Program-made: the position numbers and the translations under genes
Shown: positions 54,296 to 56,397 of the stretch, in pieces
Layout: each line of letters opens with the position of its first letter
How positions within the stretch are numbered: the stretch's first letter is position 1
Notes under the pieces: generated by a model
Told to the model about the DNA's origin: nothing
What the model saw: only the letters and a program-made list of their open reading frames with translations
The model's database searches: none
NCBI GenBank assembly: GCA_947449945.1
Contig: CANFTO010000001.1
Span: 1-56,397, forward strand
Direction: 5' to 3'
DNA: 56,397 nt
DNA from: Actinomycetota bacterium
GTDB taxonomy: Bacteria > Actinomycetota > Actinomycetes > S36-B12

Positions 54296-55705
54296 ATGTC
54301 CCTTCCGGCTAACTACATCAATGGCCAATTTGCCGTGGGTACGGGTGCCTCGGTTCTTGCCATGGTCAGTTCCATTGATGGGGCATCAATGGATGAAGTG
54401 CAGGCAGGGTCAACGGGTGATGTAGACCACGCGGTGCGGGCAGCGTCGGCAGCATTCGTATCGTGGAGTGCAACCGCAACCTCTGATCGCACGGCATTTT
54501 TGCGGGCAATTGCTGACGGCATCGAAGCGCGAACGGATGAATTTGCCGAACTTGCGGTCAAAGAAGTGGGCACCACGATTGGCATCGCTAAGGCGGTCCA
54601 GGTGGGATTGGCTTTGGATGTATTGCGATCAACAGCAGATGCAATGGATGAACTGGTTCTTGAAGAACGCAGTGAAAACTTCCTCGCGGTGAAAGAACCC
54701 ATCGGTGTAGTCGGAGCCATCACTCCGTGGAACTTTCCGTTGCATCAGGTAGTAGCAAAGCTTGCTCCAGCATTAGCCACGGGATGCACGATTGTTGTGA
54801 AACCTGCAGAGCTCACAACGCTTTCATCAATCGCGCTCTTCGAAGTGATTCATCAAGTTGGGCTGCCTGCTGGCGTTGCAAATTTAGTGTGCGGCGTCGG
54901 TGCTGATGTTGGAGAAGCGCTTGCTTCACATCCACTAGTTGACATGGTGAGTTTTACCGGTTCTACCGCTGCTGGCATCCGCGTTTCAATGCTGGCAGCC
55001 AACGACGTGAAGAAAGTTGCGCTTGAACTTGGCGGAAAGTCAGCATCTGTCATCTTGGCTGACGCAGATCTTGGTCGAGCAGTGTCAAGCACGCTGGGCG
55101 GGTGCTACTTGAACTCAGGGCAAGTGTGTTCGGCTCTGACTCGGTTGATTGTTCTCAAATCACAACAACAAGAGATCGAAGCACTTCTGGAAACAGCAGT
55201 TGCGAAGTTTGCGATGGGTGACCCTTTTGATGCAGGAACGCGCGTAGGACCTGTGGCGTCAGAAGTGCAACAGCGTCGTGTTTTGCAGTACATCCAAGAC
55301 GGCATCTCAGAAGGTGCTCGCCTGCTCGCTGGAAGTGCTGTTGCGCCCGATCGTGAAGGTTTCTACGTAGCTCCAACGATTTTCACCGATGTGAAATCAG
55401 AAATGAAGATTGCACAAGAAGAAATTTTTGGGCCTGTACTCGTCGTCATTCCAGTTGACGATGAAGATGAAGCCCTTCGAGTGGCTAATGACACTGTGTA
55501 TGGACTTTCTGGAGCAGTCTGGACGAGCGACGAAGCGCGTGGCGTGAACTTTGCTCGGAAAATGCGCACTGGTCAGGTGCAGATTAATAATGGAGCCTTC
55601 AACGCGCACGCACCATTTGGGGGATACAAGAAATCGGGAATCGGCCGTGAACTTGGGAAGTACGGACTTGAGGAATATCTTGAGTACAAGGCAATTCGAT
55701 TCTGA
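54296..55705 (+). CDS. NAD(P)-dependent aldehyde dehydrogenase
   Basis: ELGGKS, GQVCSA (catalytic Cys) and EEIFGPV motifs. AAGGAG SD. Confidence 0.9.
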   Translation: MSLPANYINGQFAVGTGASVLAMVSSIDGASMDEVQAGSTGDVDHAVRAASAAFVSWSATATSDRTAFLRAIADGIEARTDEFAELAVKEVGTTIGIAKAVQVGLALDVLRSTADAMDELVLEERSENFLAVKEPIGVVGAITPWNFPLHQVVAKLAPALATGCTIVVKPAELTTLSSIALFEVIHQVGLPAGVANLVCGVGADVGEALASHPLVDMVSFTGSTAAGIRVSMLAANDVKKVALELGGKSASVILADADLGRAVSSTLGGCYLNSGQVCSALTRLIVLKSQQQEIEALLETAVAKFAMGDPFDAGTRVGPVASEVQQRRVLQYIQDGISEGARLLAGSAVAPDREGFYVAPTIFTDVKSEMKIAQEEIFGPVLVVIPVDDEDEALRVANDTVYGLSGAVWTSDEARGVNFARKMRTGQVQINNGAFNAHAPFGGYKKSGIGRELGKYGLEEYLEYKAIRF

Positions 55706-55716
55706 CAGGAAATGCG

Positions 55717-56397
55717 ATGACTTCAAGCGTGCACGTAACCCGAGATAACGGCGTAACACTCATCTCAATGCAACATGGCAAGGTCAATGCTCTTGATCTT
55801 GAACTCTTGACGCAAATACATGAGGTCTTCGCAGGTTTATCGCCAGATGAAGTAGTCGTGCTCACGGGCAATGGTCGTGCTTTTTCTGCAGGTTTGGACA
55901 TGCGCCGCCTTCTTGATGAAGACGCCCAATATTCGAATGCGTTACTGCAGGCTCTTACTGACGCGACGCTTGCAATCTTTAGGCATCCAGCTCCCGTCGT
56001 AGCCGCAGTTGAGGGCGCTGCAATCGCGGGTGGGGCTCTGCTGGCATTTGCGGCTGACTACCGCATGATGGCTGGCGGCGTTATTGGGTTGCCAGAACTC
56101 AGTGTTGGGGTTGCATTCCCACCAGCCCTTCTCGAAGTAGCGCGTTATGTCATGGGCAATGGCTTGCGGATGCATCTTCTGGGTGCGCGTGCGGTGAAAA
56201 TTGATGAAGCCTTAGCCGCCGGCTTCGTTGACGAAGTCGTGGCGCCGGAATCACTTCTTGAATTGGCGCTTTCGAATGCGCGAGAGTTGAAGAACATTCC
56301 AGCAGTGAGTTTTGCTTTGGTGAAGTCAGTCCTTCATGGCCCAACTGAGCAATGCATCGCCACCACTGACGTGAGCGTGGCAGCCCAAGTTGCCAAG
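55717..56397 (+). CDS. enoyl-CoA hydratase/isomerase (crotonase) family protein, 3' end off window
   Basis: Manual translation: MTSSVHVTRDNGVTLISMQHGKVNALD...GNGRAFSAGLDM...AAVEGAAIAGGALLAFAADYR. The frame is open to the window end. Confidence 0.8.
   Translation, partial: MTSSVHVTRDNGVTLISMQHGKVNALDLELLTQIHEVFAGLSPDEVVVLTGNGRAFSAGLDMRRLLDEDAQYSNALLQALTDATLAIFRHPAPVVAAVEGAAIAGGALLAFAADYRMMAGGVIGLPELSVGVAFPPALLEVARYVMGNGLRMHLLGARAVKIDEALAAGFVDEVVAPESLLELALSNARELKNIPAVSFALVKSVLHGPTEQCIATTDVSVAAQVAK

Noticed and set aside
1-56397. CRISPR arrays, rRNA genes, IS elements or long inter-genic direct repeats.
   Set aside because: I found none by reading the window. The only clear DNA repeat is the intragenic 126-bp duplication at 28977..29175. 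A computational repeat scan would be needed to exclude short dispersed repeats.

Overview
This is a 56.4-kb gene-dense chromosomal window. It probably comes from an actinobacterium with intermediate G+C (about half by eye, not computed). I infer that from family content: a DUF5302 small protein, an SCO6745-like protein, a DUF385 deazaflavin-type oxidoreductase, an LMW-PTP ArsC with ACR3, and PT-rich secreted proteins.

I support about 60 CDS. Many are translationally coupled through 1-8 nt overlaps, and several convergent pairs meet stop-to-stop. I found no rRNA, tRNA, CRISPR array, transposase or integrase.

Layout:
- 0-17 kb: housekeeping and accessory enzymes. These include a Gfo/Idh/MocA pair, an MFS transporter, a type III CoA-transferase, a cation/proton antiporter, dienelactone hydrolase, thioesterase, Tyr-phosphatase, BKACE, patatin, SDR plus ALDH, DUF2461, an M24 peptidase and an AT3 acyltransferase.
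- 17.3-20.5 kb: an arsenic island. The operon ArsI/CadI-like, arsC, acr3, DUF1905 is divergent from arsR plus a DUF385 oxidoreductase.
- 20.5-30.3 kb: small membrane proteins, glutathione peroxidase, several secreted proteins, alanine dehydrogenase, a second AT3 paralog, two oxidoreductases, and a secreted Vgb-like beta-propeller with a near-identical internal 126-bp repeat.
- 30.3-56.4 kb: a large CoA-thioester-centred catabolic supercluster.

The supercluster contains PcaIJF-like genes, two GntR regulators, a MaoC hydratase pair, ACAD, NTF2, FAH, a DUF35 plus SCPx-type thiolase, an alpha-only Rieske oxygenase, an orphan 2-oxoacid dehydrogenase E1 alpha/beta pair, a CoA ligase and an FrdA/KstD-like flavoprotein. 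It also holds three type III CoA-transferases, a nitroreductase, a phenol-hydroxylase-type monooxygenase, an MhpB-type extradiol dioxygenase, an ALDH and a crotonase.

The supercluster is my best candidate for an undescribed system. Its parts resemble the ipf (arylalkanoyl-CoA), steroid side-chain and mhp pathways, but it does not match any one of them. I saw no defence or mobile system.

All family calls come from reading motifs in the translated ORFs. No database search was run.
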